Positions 10,748 through 20,001 of a DNA stretch of 64,000 nucleotides are shown piece after piece. The DNA comes from an uncultured Phascolarctobacterium sp. (GTDB taxonomy: Bacteria; Bacillota; Negativicutes; Acidaminococcales; Acidaminococcaceae). Both the position numbers and the translations under genes were made by a program. The stretch is from contig NZ_CALDXR010000019.1 of NCBI RefSeq assembly GCF_937920985.1, positions 31,268 through 95,267 on the forward strand, read 5' to 3'. Every line of letters begins with the position of its first letter. Positions within the stretch are counted from its first letter, which is position 1. The notes below the pieces were generated by a model, which saw only the letters and a list, made by a program, of their open reading frames with translations, had not been told where the DNA came from and did not search any database.

Positions 10748-12060
10748 GAGCGCCTCCTGCGGAACTGACGCATACGGATATCCATATCCGCACGCAGCAG
10801 AGCAGGCTCCTTGCCTTTAGACCATTTATCTAGTTTTTTACGCAGCTCCAGCGCCTCCGGCGTATCCCAGGCATCCTCGCTCACCAGCTGCAGATAACGC
10901 TTTAAATCCTGCACAATCGGCAGAGCTTGCGGACGCGGGCTCACATTCTGGATATCCTGCAGCAGCTGATAGCTGTTGGCTCCTAAAGAAAAATCTACGT
11001 GACGCACTCCTTCAAACTGCTTGCCCCAGGCCAGCACGCGGATGCTCTCGGCCGGCACGCTGCTAAGCACCTGCGGACTATGCGTAGTAACAACAAACTG
11101 CACCATCGGGAATGTTTTCTGCAAATCAAGCAGCACCGTCTGCTGCCACAGAGGGTGCAGGTGCATTTCTACCTCATCAATCAATACAAGGCCCTGGGTC
11201 TTGGTTACCGCATCCTCACGCAGCTGCGGATTCAGACGCGCCATGCGATAGGCCAAATCAGCCACCATACTGATAATGCTGCGGAAGCCGTCGCTCAATT
11301 CATCTACCACCATCTCACCCATATCGGGATGGCTGACAACAAAGCATTTCAAGCGATAATTATAATACAAATCACGCAGACCGGTGCTTTCCAGACACAC
11401 ATCTACAGCGTTCTGAATAGCATTCTTCAGCATCACATTGCGCTTCACCTCTGCGCTATACTGCTGTTCTGTCTGCGCACATTTGGTAACGTACTCAAAC
11501 CATTTGCCAAAGGTGCTGTAGGAAGAAGACGGCTCCAGGCATTCCTCGTAGCCTACATTGCGTTCTGTCAGCGACTTGTGAAAATTCGTCATCAGCTTGC
11601 TGTCTACCCAAATGCGCTGAGTACCGTAATAGGCCAGCACCGGCAGCAGCCTGTTGCCGTTCTCCTTAGCATCGTGCGCCAATGCGCAACCACGCTCGCA
11701 CAGCTCATTAGCATCATCCTCGGGCACATTGCCCTCCAGCAGGCGGCGGGTACAGGTAAGCTTTTTGCCGTAAACCTCACCCTCCAGCTTAATTTCTACC
11801 GGATAATGACACTCCATACCTTCAATATGACGCATATCCTTTTTATAAACAGGCACACGCCGCACATCCTGGGGGGTAATGTGCCGACCACTGGCATCAA
11901 AGCTGCGCAGGTAAGGCTCCAGAGCAATTGCCAGCGCATCAAAAATCGCCGTCTTGCCCTTGCCGTTTTCACCTACAATAACTGTCAGCCTAGGTTCAAA
12001 ATCAATATCAAGCTCATCGTAACAACGGAAATTCTTCAGCCTTAATCTTTCTATCTGCAT
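10744..12060 (-). CDS. ptuA: ABC/SMC-like AAA ATPase of a Septu-like defence pair (PtuA-like)
   Basis: 438 aa. MQIERLRLKNFRCYDELDIDF...VGENGKGKT (Walker A), LVLIDEVEMHLHP (Walker B/D-loop), VVTTHSP (H-loop). Translationally coupled to the HNH gene. Confidence 0.65.
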   Translation of the reverse strand: MQIERLRLKNFRCYDELDIDFEPRLTVIVGENGKGKTAIFDALAIALEPYLRSFDASGRHITPQDVRRVPVYKKDMRHIEGMECHYPVEIKLEGEVYGKKLTCTRRLLEGNVPEDDANELCERGCALAHDAKENGNRLLPVLAYYGTQRIWVDSKLMTNFHKSLTERNVGYEECLEPSSSYSTFGKWFEYVTKCAQTEQQYSAEVKRNVMLKNAIQNAVDVCLESTGLRDLYYNYRLKCFVVSHPDMGEMVVDELSDGFRSIISMVADLAYRMARLNPQLREDAVTKTQGLVLIDEVEMHLHPLWQQTVLLDLQKTFPMVQFVVTTHSPQVLSSVPAESIRVLAWGKQFEGVRHVDFSLGANSYQLLQDIQNVSPRPQALPIVQDLKRYLQLVSEDAWDTPEALELRKKLDKWSKGKEPALLRADMDIRMRQFRRRRS

Positions 12061-12092
12061 AACCTGACCTCCGTTTCTGTATCTCTGCTTAC

Positions 12093-12101
12093 ATTATAGC
12101 A
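12093..12101 (-). promoter_or_regulatory. extended -10 element (TGCTATAAT) upstream of ptuA
   Basis: Minus strand TGcTATAAT lies ~30 nt upstream of the ptuA GGAGG RBS. The -35 is weak. Confidence 0.35.
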
Positions 12102-12235
12102 TTATTTGCATCCCATACTAAGATTTTTTACAGTTTTATTATGATTTTTTTGTGGCAGGGTGTATAATAAATAAACATCATCAGCAATTACTTGGTACTT
12201 GCCAACAATTACGCAACCGAAAGGAAAAACTGTTT

Positions 12236-13447
12236 ATGAATATATTTCTTCTGCTTACAATCGCCATGCTCATGATTATCCTCATGCTGCGGCGACACAT
12301 CCCCATCGGCCCCTGTATGCTCACCAGCGGTATTTTTATCTGGCTGATGAAAGCACCGGAGCTGCCGTATCTGGTGCAGGCATTACGCGAAACATTAACA
12401 ATGCCGCGCACCTATGATATTCTTTTTGCCCTCTATTTTGTCATGTGCCTGGAAATCGAGCTGCGCACCAGCGGTGCACTGGCCGGTATGGTGCAGGCGC
12501 TGCAACGCATCTTTTCCAGCGCTAAGGTAACCCTGGCCGTGATGCCTGCCTTCTTAGGCCTGCTACCGTCATTGGGCGGCGCGCGCTTTTCGGCTCCCAT
12601 TGTAGAGGAAGCCAGCAAAAATATCCCTATCGAACAGGACCACAAGGCAGCCATCAATTTCTGGTTCCGCCATATCTTTGAATTTTCCAGCCCGATTATC
12701 CCCGGTATGATAATGGCCTGCAACATCGCCGGTGTCAGCTACAGTGAATTCATCCTGCATCTGGCCTGGCTTACCGTACTAGCCTTCGCCGCCGGCTGGT
12801 TTGTCCTCATCCGCCCGATTAAAGCAGATAATAACCGTACCGAAACAATTGCCAATGACAGTCAGGGAATGCAGGATTTGTGGCTGGCGCTTTCGCCTGT
12901 CATTATCACCTTTATCCTGGTAGTCTTCTGCGGCTTTAATGCCTCAGCCGGCATGGGATTGGTAACAGCCTGCCTGTTTCTGGTACTTCGCTTTACTAAA
13001 CGCGAGGTCGGCCTCAAGGATGTTGTCATCGGTGCGCTGGATATCAAAATGTTTCTCAATGTGCTCTGCATCCTCTACTTCATTCAGATTCTGACTGTCA
13101 CCCATGTGCTGCAGGAAATCGTTGTAGCCTTTCAAAGCTCACCGCTGCCGGTGCCTGTCATCATCGCCTGCGTCAGCTTCATCATCGGCGTGCTCACCGG
13201 TATGTCGCAGGGACACGTGGCCATTGTCATGCCTATCGTCGCCGCTATGCAGACAGGCAGCCTGAACCTTGCCGGCGTTGCCATGGCCTTTGGTATTGCG
13301 GGGCAGATGCTCACACCGACGCATATGTGTCTTGTTATCACCGTCGATTATTTTAAAGCCAACTTTTTCAAAACTCTTAAGCCGGTCCTGCTTTGCGAAA
13401 TAATCATTTTGACTATCTTTACAGTTTATACTTATTTTACATGGTGA
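12236..13447 (+). CDS. polytopic membrane protein, putative transporter (DUF401-like)
   Basis: Track ORF 12152-13447 trimmed to ATG 12236 (MNIFLLLTIAMLMI...). About 10 or more hydrophobic segments. The LLPSLGGARFSAPIVEEA motif resembles DUF401 proteins (recalled from memory, unverified). Confidence 0.55.
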   Translation: MNIFLLLTIAMLMIILMLRRHIPIGPCMLTSGIFIWLMKAPELPYLVQALRETLTMPRTYDILFALYFVMCLEIELRTSGALAGMVQALQRIFSSAKVTLAVMPAFLGLLPSLGGARFSAPIVEEASKNIPIEQDHKAAINFWFRHIFEFSSPIIPGMIMACNIAGVSYSEFILHLAWLTVLAFAAGWFVLIRPIKADNNRTETIANDSQGMQDLWLALSPVIITFILVVFCGFNASAGMGLVTACLFLVLRFTKREVGLKDVVIGALDIKMFLNVLCILYFIQILTVTHVLQEIVVAFQSSPLPVPVIIACVSFIIGVLTGMSQGHVAIVMPIVAAMQTGSLNLAGVAMAFGIAGQMLTPTHMCLVITVDYFKANFFKTLKPVLLCEIIILTIFTVYTYFTW

Positions 13448-13604
13448 ATTTTTTGTGCTTGCTTAGCAACAGGAAATCTGTAGTTCAGACCTAAAAACGC
13501 TGTTATTTACAGATTAAACACTTTATTTTTATTATTTGCTTGCAGTAGCACAAAGATTAAGTGTATAATAATGTTATCTATTCTTAAATTTTGGAGGGGT
13601 GTTT

Positions 13605-15062
13605 GTGAATTATACAGAAATGGTAGTCTTCATTATCTACCTGCTATTCATGCTATCAATCGGTATCTGGTTCTTCTATAAAAATCGTCAGGGTGGTGAA
13701 AAGACCTACTTCCTCGGCGGCCGTCAGATGGGACCGTGGGTAACCGCTCTTTCTGCCGGTGCTTCTGATATGAGCGCCTGGGTGCTCATGGGCTTGCCGA
13801 CATCTATCTACGCTCTCGGCCTCGGTCAGGCCTGGATCAGTATCGGCCTGCTCACCGGCTATTCCTTAAGCTGGATTTTTCAGGCACCGCGCCTGCGCCG
13901 TTTTTCCATTGTGGCCAACGATGCCATCACTATTCCGCAGTACCTCAGCAACCGCTTTTTATCTAAGTCCCACGTGCTGCAGGTAATCTGTGCAATCGTC
14001 TTCCTCATTGCCTACACTATTTATTCCGCTTCCAGCATCAAGGCTTGCGGTACTCTGTTCAACACTGTTATCGGTATTGACCAGACCTACACCATGTATG
14101 TGGCAGCCTTCATCATCATCGGCTACACCTTCTTGGGTGGCTTTTCTGCCGTTTGCTGGACCGACTTCTATCAGGGCCTGATGATTTTAGGTTCTCTCCT
14201 GATTGCACCTATCTTCGCAGTATCCTTAATCAATCCGCAGGCTGTTGCCGGCATTCCTCCCGATTACTGGAATCCGGTTGCCAAAACCTCTGATATCATC
14301 TCCGGCTTCGGCTGGGGCCTGGGCTACTTCGGTATGCCGCATATCATCATCCGCTTCATGTCCCTCAAATCTCAAAAGGAAATGAAGAAATCCGCTGTTA
14401 TCGCTATCAGCTGGACCGCCCTCATCTGCTTCTTCGCTACTATGGTAGGCGTTGTTGGCCGTATGTATCTGGGCATGGATGAAAACATCAACCAAAACTC
14501 TCTGGTATTCATCGCCATGGTTCGCAGCATTTTCCCGGCTCTGATGAGCGGTATCCTGCTCTCCGGCGTATTGGCAGCTTCCATGAGTACTGCTTCCAGT
14601 CAGCTGCTCGCTTCCGCTTCTGCCTTTGCCAGCGACGTTTATAAGCCTGTAATCCGCAAATACCAGTCCGGTGACAAGGAAATGCTTTGGGCAGGCCGCA
14701 TCGTCGTACTCGTTATCTCCTTCGTTGCTCTGCTTATTGCCGATTCTCCGCGTGCAGGCAGCATTATGGAGCTTGTTGCCAACGCCTGGGGCGTATTCGG
14801 TGCAGCCTTCGGTTCTGCTATCATGCTCAGCCTTTTCTGGCGCGGCTTCACCTTCCAGGGTGCGGTAGCCTGCATCATCGTCGGTGCTGTTGTCGATATC
14901 GGCTGGTACCTGACTATGGCAGCCTCCACCGGCATCTACGAAATTATCCCCGGCTTTTTTGCCAGCCTTGTAGCAGGTGTCATTGTTTCCCTGCTCAGCG
15001 GCGGTCCTTCCAAAGAGGTTGCTGCGCTTTATGATAAAGCCAACAACTACGTTGAGGAATAA
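13605..15062 (+). CDS. putP: sodium:proline symporter (SSS family)
   Basis: YFLGGRQMGPWVTALSAGASDMSAWVLMGLP is the PutP signature. GTG at 13605 is 7 nt after GGAGG, and the track start 13599 overlaps the RBS. Confidence 0.85.
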   Translation: MNYTEMVVFIIYLLFMLSIGIWFFYKNRQGGEKTYFLGGRQMGPWVTALSAGASDMSAWVLMGLPTSIYALGLGQAWISIGLLTGYSLSWIFQAPRLRRFSIVANDAITIPQYLSNRFLSKSHVLQVICAIVFLIAYTIYSASSIKACGTLFNTVIGIDQTYTMYVAAFIIIGYTFLGGFSAVCWTDFYQGLMILGSLLIAPIFAVSLINPQAVAGIPPDYWNPVAKTSDIISGFGWGLGYFGMPHIIIRFMSLKSQKEMKKSAVIAISWTALICFFATMVGVVGRMYLGMDENINQNSLVFIAMVRSIFPALMSGILLSGVLAASMSTASSQLLASASAFASDVYKPVIRKYQSGDKEMLWAGRIVVLVISFVALLIADSPRAGSIMELVANAWGVFGAAFGSAIMLSLFWRGFTFQGAVACIIVGAVVDIGWYLTMAASTGIYEIIPGFFASLVAGVIVSLLSGGPSKEVAALYDKANNYVEE

Positions 15063-15091
15063 TTGTATAAGCCTAAAAAATTAGCCACATA

Positions 15092-15133
15092 AAAAAGTCC
15101 GATTTGTCATCACAGACGAATCGGACTTTTTAT
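15092..15133 (+). terminator. rho-independent terminator after putP
   Basis: AAAAAGTCCGATT...AATCGGACTTTTT hairpin plus a T-run. Confidence 0.8.
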
Positions 15134-15258
15134 ATTCTCAGCAAAATTTCAAGCTAATTTTACCCAAAGAGGCAAAAGCATAGCATTTTCCTCTCAATCA
15201 TATTATAATAAAAGTGACCAATAAATTTGCTTAATACATTATGTGAGGAGGTTCTGCC

Positions 15259-15852
15259 ATGCGTACTTTTCTGCCATTAGCCTTTTGGTACTGGCTCTAT
15301 AATCAGCTCTTCTTCTTTTTGGGGGCATTGGGCTTTTTTGTAATTCATTTTCTTGTTGCTTTCATCGGCTTCGGCGGCATGGATACTCTTGCCAGCGCTA
15401 TTTTGACAACACTTTATGCATTTATTCTTTACAAGCTCTTCGGGCGTTTTCTCTGGCGCAACAGGCTACAGCAATATAGTTTTAGCAGTACCACTCTCAT
15501 ATATGCCTCATTGCTGCCGCTGATTTTAGGCAGCGTCGTTCTCACCGCCAGCTTTGCCATAGCAGACGGCAAAATCTATAACACCATGACCGCTATGCCT
15601 GTGCTCGCAGCCATCAATCTCAGCCTTTCCTACCTGCCGCTTGCCAAAAGCGTCTGGACAATGCTCATTCTAGGCAGCATCTTCAACCTCTTTACGCTTA
15701 TCTGCTTCTGGCGCTACTGCCGCAAGTATCTGCAGCAGGAAATTCCCTGGCTGAGGCTACTCATACCACTGGCTATCTGTCTGGTAATCTGCACCATCAT
15801 TATCTATGGCATAACGATTACGTATCTGCCTGATGATAAAGCGGGAAGATGA
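15259..15852 (+). CDS. hypothetical integral membrane protein (197 aa)
   Basis: ORF with GAGGAGG RBS and about 6 hydrophobic helices. No family recognised. Confidence 0.55.
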   Translation: MRTFLPLAFWYWLYNQLFFFLGALGFFVIHFLVAFIGFGGMDTLASAILTTLYAFILYKLFGRFLWRNRLQQYSFSSTTLIYASLLPLILGSVVLTASFAIADGKIYNTMTAMPVLAAINLSLSYLPLAKSVWTMLILGSIFNLFTLICFWRYCRKYLQQEIPWLRLLIPLAICLVICTIIIYGITITYLPDDKAGR

Positions 15853-15977
15853 GATAGTCAAAATTTTATCATCATTAATCCAAACATCTTATGAAATTTT
15901 TGCAAATATACCTCTAACCATATTTTCTATGATATAATAAGTCTAACATACAAATTTAATACTGTTGTCGTTCTCTT

Positions 15978-16015
15978 AGGAGTATTGTAGTACCAACTGC
16001 AATACTCCTTTTTTA
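15978..16015 (+). terminator. rho-independent terminator
   Basis: 13-bp stem AGGAGTATTGTAG/CTGCAATACTCCT (one G-U pair), 6-nt loop, T-run 16010-16014. Confidence 0.75.
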
Positions 16016-16034
16016 ATAGCATCATCAATACGTA

Positions 16035-16063
16035 TTGTTTTTATACGTGTTAAATGATACAAT
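16035..16063 (+). promoter_or_regulatory. promoter of hicAB
   Basis: TTGTTT, 17-nt spacer, TACAAT, ~18 nt upstream of the hicA ATG. Confidence 0.4.
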
Positions 16064-16081
16064 TATGAAAGGAGCAATATC

Positions 16082-16276
16082 ATGAAATTTAAAGAACTGG
16101 AAAAGCTACTGAAAAAAGCCGGTTGGACATTATATTCTACCAGAGGCTCCCACTTTTATTACGTACATCCACGCCAACCTAATAAAGTAACTGTTCCTAA
16201 CCATAAGGGAGATATTCCCATAGGCACAGTTAAAGCTATTTTCAAACAAGCCGGTTTAGATTTTCAGAAAGGGTGA
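16082..16276 (+). CDS. hicA: type II toxin HicA (mRNA interferase)
   Basis: 64 aa. MKFKELEKLLKKAGWTLYSTRGSHFYYVHP...VPNHKGDIPIGTVKAIFKQAGL is a typical HicA fold signature. Confidence 0.9.
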   Translation: MKFKELEKLLKKAGWTLYSTRGSHFYYVHPRQPNKVTVPNHKGDIPIGTVKAIFKQAGLDFQKG

Positions 16277-16280
16277 TTTT

Positions 16281-16694
16281 ATGTTATCAATGTATCCTGC
16301 GTGCTTTTATAAAGAAAAAGACGGACAATACACCGTAATTTTTCCTGACCTTAACCACCTCGCAACCTGTGGTACGGATTTACAAGATGCTATGAAAATG
16401 GCAACAGACTGCCTTGCCGGCTTTCTTTACGAAGCAAAGCTCAGCAATGAAGCTGTTCCGGAACCATCTGAATTAAACACTATTGACGTTAACGAAGAAT
16501 ATAGCGATTACGCAGAAGCCTTTGTTAATATAGTAAGTGTTGATGTAGAAGCATATGCCAAAGAGCACTTTACCAAAGCAGTCAAAAAAACTCTCACCAT
16601 CCCCAAATGGTTAAATGATGCGGCGATTGCCAAAAAGCTGAACTTCTCCAAAATTTTACAGGATGCTCTCAAGCACGAGCTCAATATCGGATAA
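16281..16694 (+). CDS. hicB: type II antitoxin HicB
   Basis: 137 aa, 4 nt after hicA. YPACFYKEKDGQYTVIFPDLNHLATCGTDLQDAMKMATDCL HicB N-domain plus a C-terminal DNA-binding tail. Confidence 0.85.
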   Translation: MLSMYPACFYKEKDGQYTVIFPDLNHLATCGTDLQDAMKMATDCLAGFLYEAKLSNEAVPEPSELNTIDVNEEYSDYAEAFVNIVSVDVEAYAKEHFTKAVKKTLTIPKWLNDAAIAKKLNFSKILQDALKHELNIG

Positions 16695-16697
16695 AGC

Positions 16698-16742
16698 AAA
16701 AATCACAACCGGTTACATATATAACCGATTGTGATTTTTTAT
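16698..16742. terminator. bidirectional hairpin terminator between hicB and aguB
   Basis: AATCACAACCGGTTA...TAACCGATTGTGATT flanked by an A-run and a T-run. Confidence 0.75.
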
Positions 16743-16756
16743 TATAGTTTCAATAT

Positions 16757-17635
16757 TTACTTACCGGCAATTTTACCGTAGCATTCCGGTCTGCGATCGC
16801 GGAACAATCCCCAGCTCAGTCTGTCCTCAGCCAAGGCTGCCAAGTCATACTCCGCATAAAGAATCTCTTCCTGATCACGCGATGCGTCCTGCACAAGCGC
16901 ACCGGTACCGTCGGTCATAAAGGAAGAGCCGTAGAACAGCAGTGAGGACTGCTGGCCTGCATTGCCTTCGCAGGGCTCCACAGTTTCCAGACCGATGCGG
17001 TTTGCTGCTACCACAGGCATCAGATTGGCTGCGCTATGGCCTTGCATAACACGGCGCCAATGCGGCATGCTGTCGCAGTCTAAGATAGGCTCGGAGCCAA
17101 TCGCCGTCGGATAGAACAAAAGCTCTGCTCCGTTCAGCGCCAGGCAACGTGCTGTCTCAGGGAACCATTGGTCCCAACAGATACCGATACCGACACGGCC
17201 ATACTTGGTATTGAAAACCGTAAAGCCGCTGTTACCCGGTTTAAAGTAAAATTTTTCCTGATAAAAATGATCGTCAGGAATATGTGTTTTGCGATAAACG
17301 CCTAAAATCTCACCGTCAGCATCAATGCAGGCGATGGAATTATATAATTCGTTGACATCACGCTCAAAGAAGCTGATAGGCAGAACGATATTCAGCTCCT
17401 TTGCCAAACGCTTGCCCATCTGCACCGCAGGATTTTCTTCCGTAGGCAGTGCATACTGATAGAAATCATAGCGACGCTGCTGGCAGAAATACGGACGCTC
17501 CCACAGCTCCGGCAGCAGAATAATCTGCGCACCGTTCGCTGCAGCTTCGCGTACCAGCGCTTCAGCGTGCTGCAAATTTTCTTCTACGGTCGGCGCACAG
17601 CGCATCTGCACTGCTGCCACCTTTACCTTGCTCAT
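16757..17635 (-). CDS. aguB: N-carbamoylputrescine amidase
   Basis: CN-hydrolase family with VAAVQM..., ICWDQWFPE (catalytic Cys). ATG 17635 overlaps the aguA stop (ATGA). The track start 17641 is a GTG 2 codons upstream. Confidence 0.85.
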   Translation of the reverse strand: MSKVKVAAVQMRCAPTVEENLQHAEALVREAAANGAQIILLPELWERPYFCQQRRYDFYQYALPTEENPAVQMGKRLAKELNIVLPISFFERDVNELYNSIACIDADGEILGVYRKTHIPDDHFYQEKFYFKPGNSGFTVFNTKYGRVGIGICWDQWFPETARCLALNGAELLFYPTAIGSEPILDCDSMPHWRRVMQGHSAANLMPVVAANRIGLETVEPCEGNAGQQSSLLFYGSSFMTDGTGALVQDASRDQEEILYAEYDLAALAEDRLSWGLFRDRRPECYGKIAGK

Positions 17636-18765
17636 AAGCACACTCCCTTCGGAATTTGCTGTGTAATGCAGTGAATATTGCCGCCACCGGTCAAAATTGC
17701 CCGCGCCGGTATCTGCACTACCTTACGCTCCGGACAGAGCTTGGCAAGAATTTCCGCCGCCAGCGCATCGCTGCCCGCATTCTCACCGCCAAAGGCAGGC
17801 ACTACAACACTGTCATTACTGAAATAAAAGTTTACATACGAAGCTGCCAGACGTTCACCTGCTTCGCGCATATCCTCGCCTTCAACAAAGTCGAAGCCTG
17901 CTACCTCGTCTTCTGTGATGCACACCGGCACCGCAGGAACAGGCAGCTTATGCACGATGATTTTGCGCCCCTTAGCATCCGTCAGCTGCTCCAAAGCATC
18001 CAGGCTTGCCTTGCTCAAAGCATACTGCGGATCAGCCTCGTTATCGGTCCAAGCCAGAATTACTTCACCCGGACGTATAAATGCACACACATTATCTACA
18101 TGCTCGTTGGTTTCATCGTTATAAATACCGCGCGGAATCCACAAAACCTTTTCCACGCCCAGGTAAGTCTTAAGCTTTTGTTCAATCTGCTCCTTCGACA
18201 GGTCAGGATTGCGTCCTGCACTCAGCAGGCAGGCCTCCGTCACCAATGCCGTACCCTCGCCGTCGCAGTGAATAGAACCGCCCTCCAGCACGAAGGGAAC
18301 AGCATCATACAGGGCAGTACCATAATGCTCCGCAAACTTTTCCGCAAAAGCATCGTCCTGCTCATAATCGGGATACAGGCCGTCTACCTCGCCGCCCCAG
18401 GCATTGAAGCGCCAGTTCACACCGCGCAGCTCGCGTCCCTGTGCGCCGTCGCGCACAACAAAAGTCGGGCCGATGTCACGCGCCCAGCTGTCATCCGTTT
18501 CCATAGCAACCAGCTCAACATTGGCGACACCTGCAAGATATTTCTGCGCCACAGCAAAGTGCTTAGCACCGCAGATAACATAAACCTTTTCGCTCGCCGC
18601 AATCGCCTTAATCACAGCCGTAAACGCTTCGCAGGCCGCCACTGCGCCAAAGCTCCAGGAGCCCGGACGCTGCGGCCACACGATAATGCAGCCGTCATGC
18701 GATTCGTATTCGCCGGGCATGTGAAAGCCGTCAGCAGCGGGAGTAAAGTTTTTCTCTAACATCAT
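17632..18765 (-). CDS. aguA: agmatine deiminase
   Basis: 377 aa with a C-terminal GGGNIHCITQQ catalytic Cys motif. Its start overlaps the nspC stop. Confidence 0.9.
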   Translation of the reverse strand: MMLEKNFTPAADGFHMPGEYESHDGCIIVWPQRPGSWSFGAVAACEAFTAVIKAIAASEKVYVICGAKHFAVAQKYLAGVANVELVAMETDDSWARDIGPTFVVRDGAQGRELRGVNWRFNAWGGEVDGLYPDYEQDDAFAEKFAEHYGTALYDAVPFVLEGGSIHCDGEGTALVTEACLLSAGRNPDLSKEQIEQKLKTYLGVEKVLWIPRGIYNDETNEHVDNVCAFIRPGEVILAWTDNEADPQYALSKASLDALEQLTDAKGRKIIVHKLPVPAVPVCITEDEVAGFDFVEGEDMREAGERLAASYVNFYFSNDSVVVPAFGGENAGSDALAAEILAKLCPERKVVQIPARAILTGGGNIHCITQQIPKGVCL

Positions 18766-20000
18766 GACAAACGTCCTTTAAAATCTTCATAACCGAAACG
18801 GCGCACCAGCTCCGTAGTACCGTCCTTGTGCAGCAGCACAATATCAGGCAGCGGAATGCCGTTAAAGGTATTATTTTTAACCATGGAATAAATCGCCATA
18901 TCCTCAAAAATCAGCTTATCGCCAACCTTGATTTCCTTGTCAAAGCTGTAATCGCCAATCACGTCACCGGCCAGACAGGTCATCGAGGATAAACGGTATT
19001 TATATTGCTTTTCGTCAGCCTCATAACCGCCGCGCAGAGGCGGACGGTAAGGCATCTCCAGCACGTCAGGCATATGGCAGGCAGCCGAGGCATCAAGGAT
19101 AAGAATATCCAGACCGTTATGCACAATATCCAACACCTCGGTCACAAGATAGCCGGCATTGAGCGCCACAGCCTCACCTGGCTCCAGATATACCTCAACA
19201 TGATAGGTATTACGAATATATTTCACTAAATCAATCAGCGCTTCCACATCATAATCACTGCGCGTAATATGATGCCCGCCGCCCAGATTCAGCCATTTAA
19301 GTTGCTTAAAGTACTTGCTGAACTTCGCTTCGAACGCCTTCCATGTCGTCAGCAGATCATCAGAGTTCTGCTCACACAGCGTATGGAAATGCAGGCCTTC
19401 GATTTCCGGCGGCAAATCCTCCGGAAAGTTTGCCAGCGTTACGCCCAGACGTGAGCCATAGGCACAGGGGTCATAAATTGCATGCTCACCCTCTTGCGTC
19501 GAGCATTCCGGGTTTACGCGGATACCCACGCTCACACCGGCCTGAGCGCAGACAGCCTTATGCTTTTCAAACTGCGCAAAGCTGTTGAAAATGATATGGT
19601 CGCAGATTTGCACCAGCTCCTGCATATCCTGCTCCTTAAAAGCAGGTGCAAAAACATGGTTCTCCTTGCCCATCTCCTCATGACCGAGGCGCGCTTCATA
19701 AATGCCGCTTGCCGTCGTGCCTGCCAAATATTCGCCCATCAGCGGATACAGGCGGAACATAGAAAAGCATTTCTGTGCCAGCAGAATATGCGCACCGCTT
19801 TCATGCTGCACACGCTGTAAAAGGCGCAGATTATTCAGCAGCTTAGCCTCATCAACCACATAGCAGGGAGTCGGCAGCGCCTTCAGCGCCGCCTCCTCAC
19901 GCTCTGCGCGCAAATTCTTCTGCAAATCAGCCAGACGGGAAGCACCCTCAGCCTTGTCGACAACATATGCCGGCATCACAGTTTTCTTGGCGTCCGTCAT
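18762..20000 (-). CDS. nspC: carboxynorspermidine/carboxyspermidine decarboxylase
   Basis: 412 aa. Alanine-racemase-fold PLP decarboxylase with LLAQKCF, NLGGGHHIT, YLEPGEA, CLAGDVIGDY, closely resembling NspC. Confidence 0.85.
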   Translation of the reverse strand: MTDAKKTVMPAYVVDKAEGASRLADLQKNLRAEREEAALKALPTPCYVVDEAKLLNNLRLLQRVQHESGAHILLAQKCFSMFRLYPLMGEYLAGTTASGIYEARLGHEEMGKENHVFAPAFKEQDMQELVQICDHIIFNSFAQFEKHKAVCAQAGVSVGIRVNPECSTQEGEHAIYDPCAYGSRLGVTLANFPEDLPPEIEGLHFHTLCEQNSDDLLTTWKAFEAKFSKYFKQLKWLNLGGGHHITRSDYDVEALIDLVKYIRNTYHVEVYLEPGEAVALNAGYLVTEVLDIVHNGLDILILDASAACHMPDVLEMPYRPPLRGGYEADEKQYKYRLSSMTCLAGDVIGDYSFDKEIKVGDKLIFEDMAIYSMVKNNTFNGIPLPDIVLLHKDGTTELVRRFGYEDFKGRLS

Positions 20001-20001
20001 C

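Noticed and set aside
9851-12235. Retron (reverse transcriptase + msr/msd) associated with the PtuAB-like pair
   Set aside because: There is no RT-like ORF and no long structured non-coding region in the flanks. The flanks hold only a terminator and a short promoter region.
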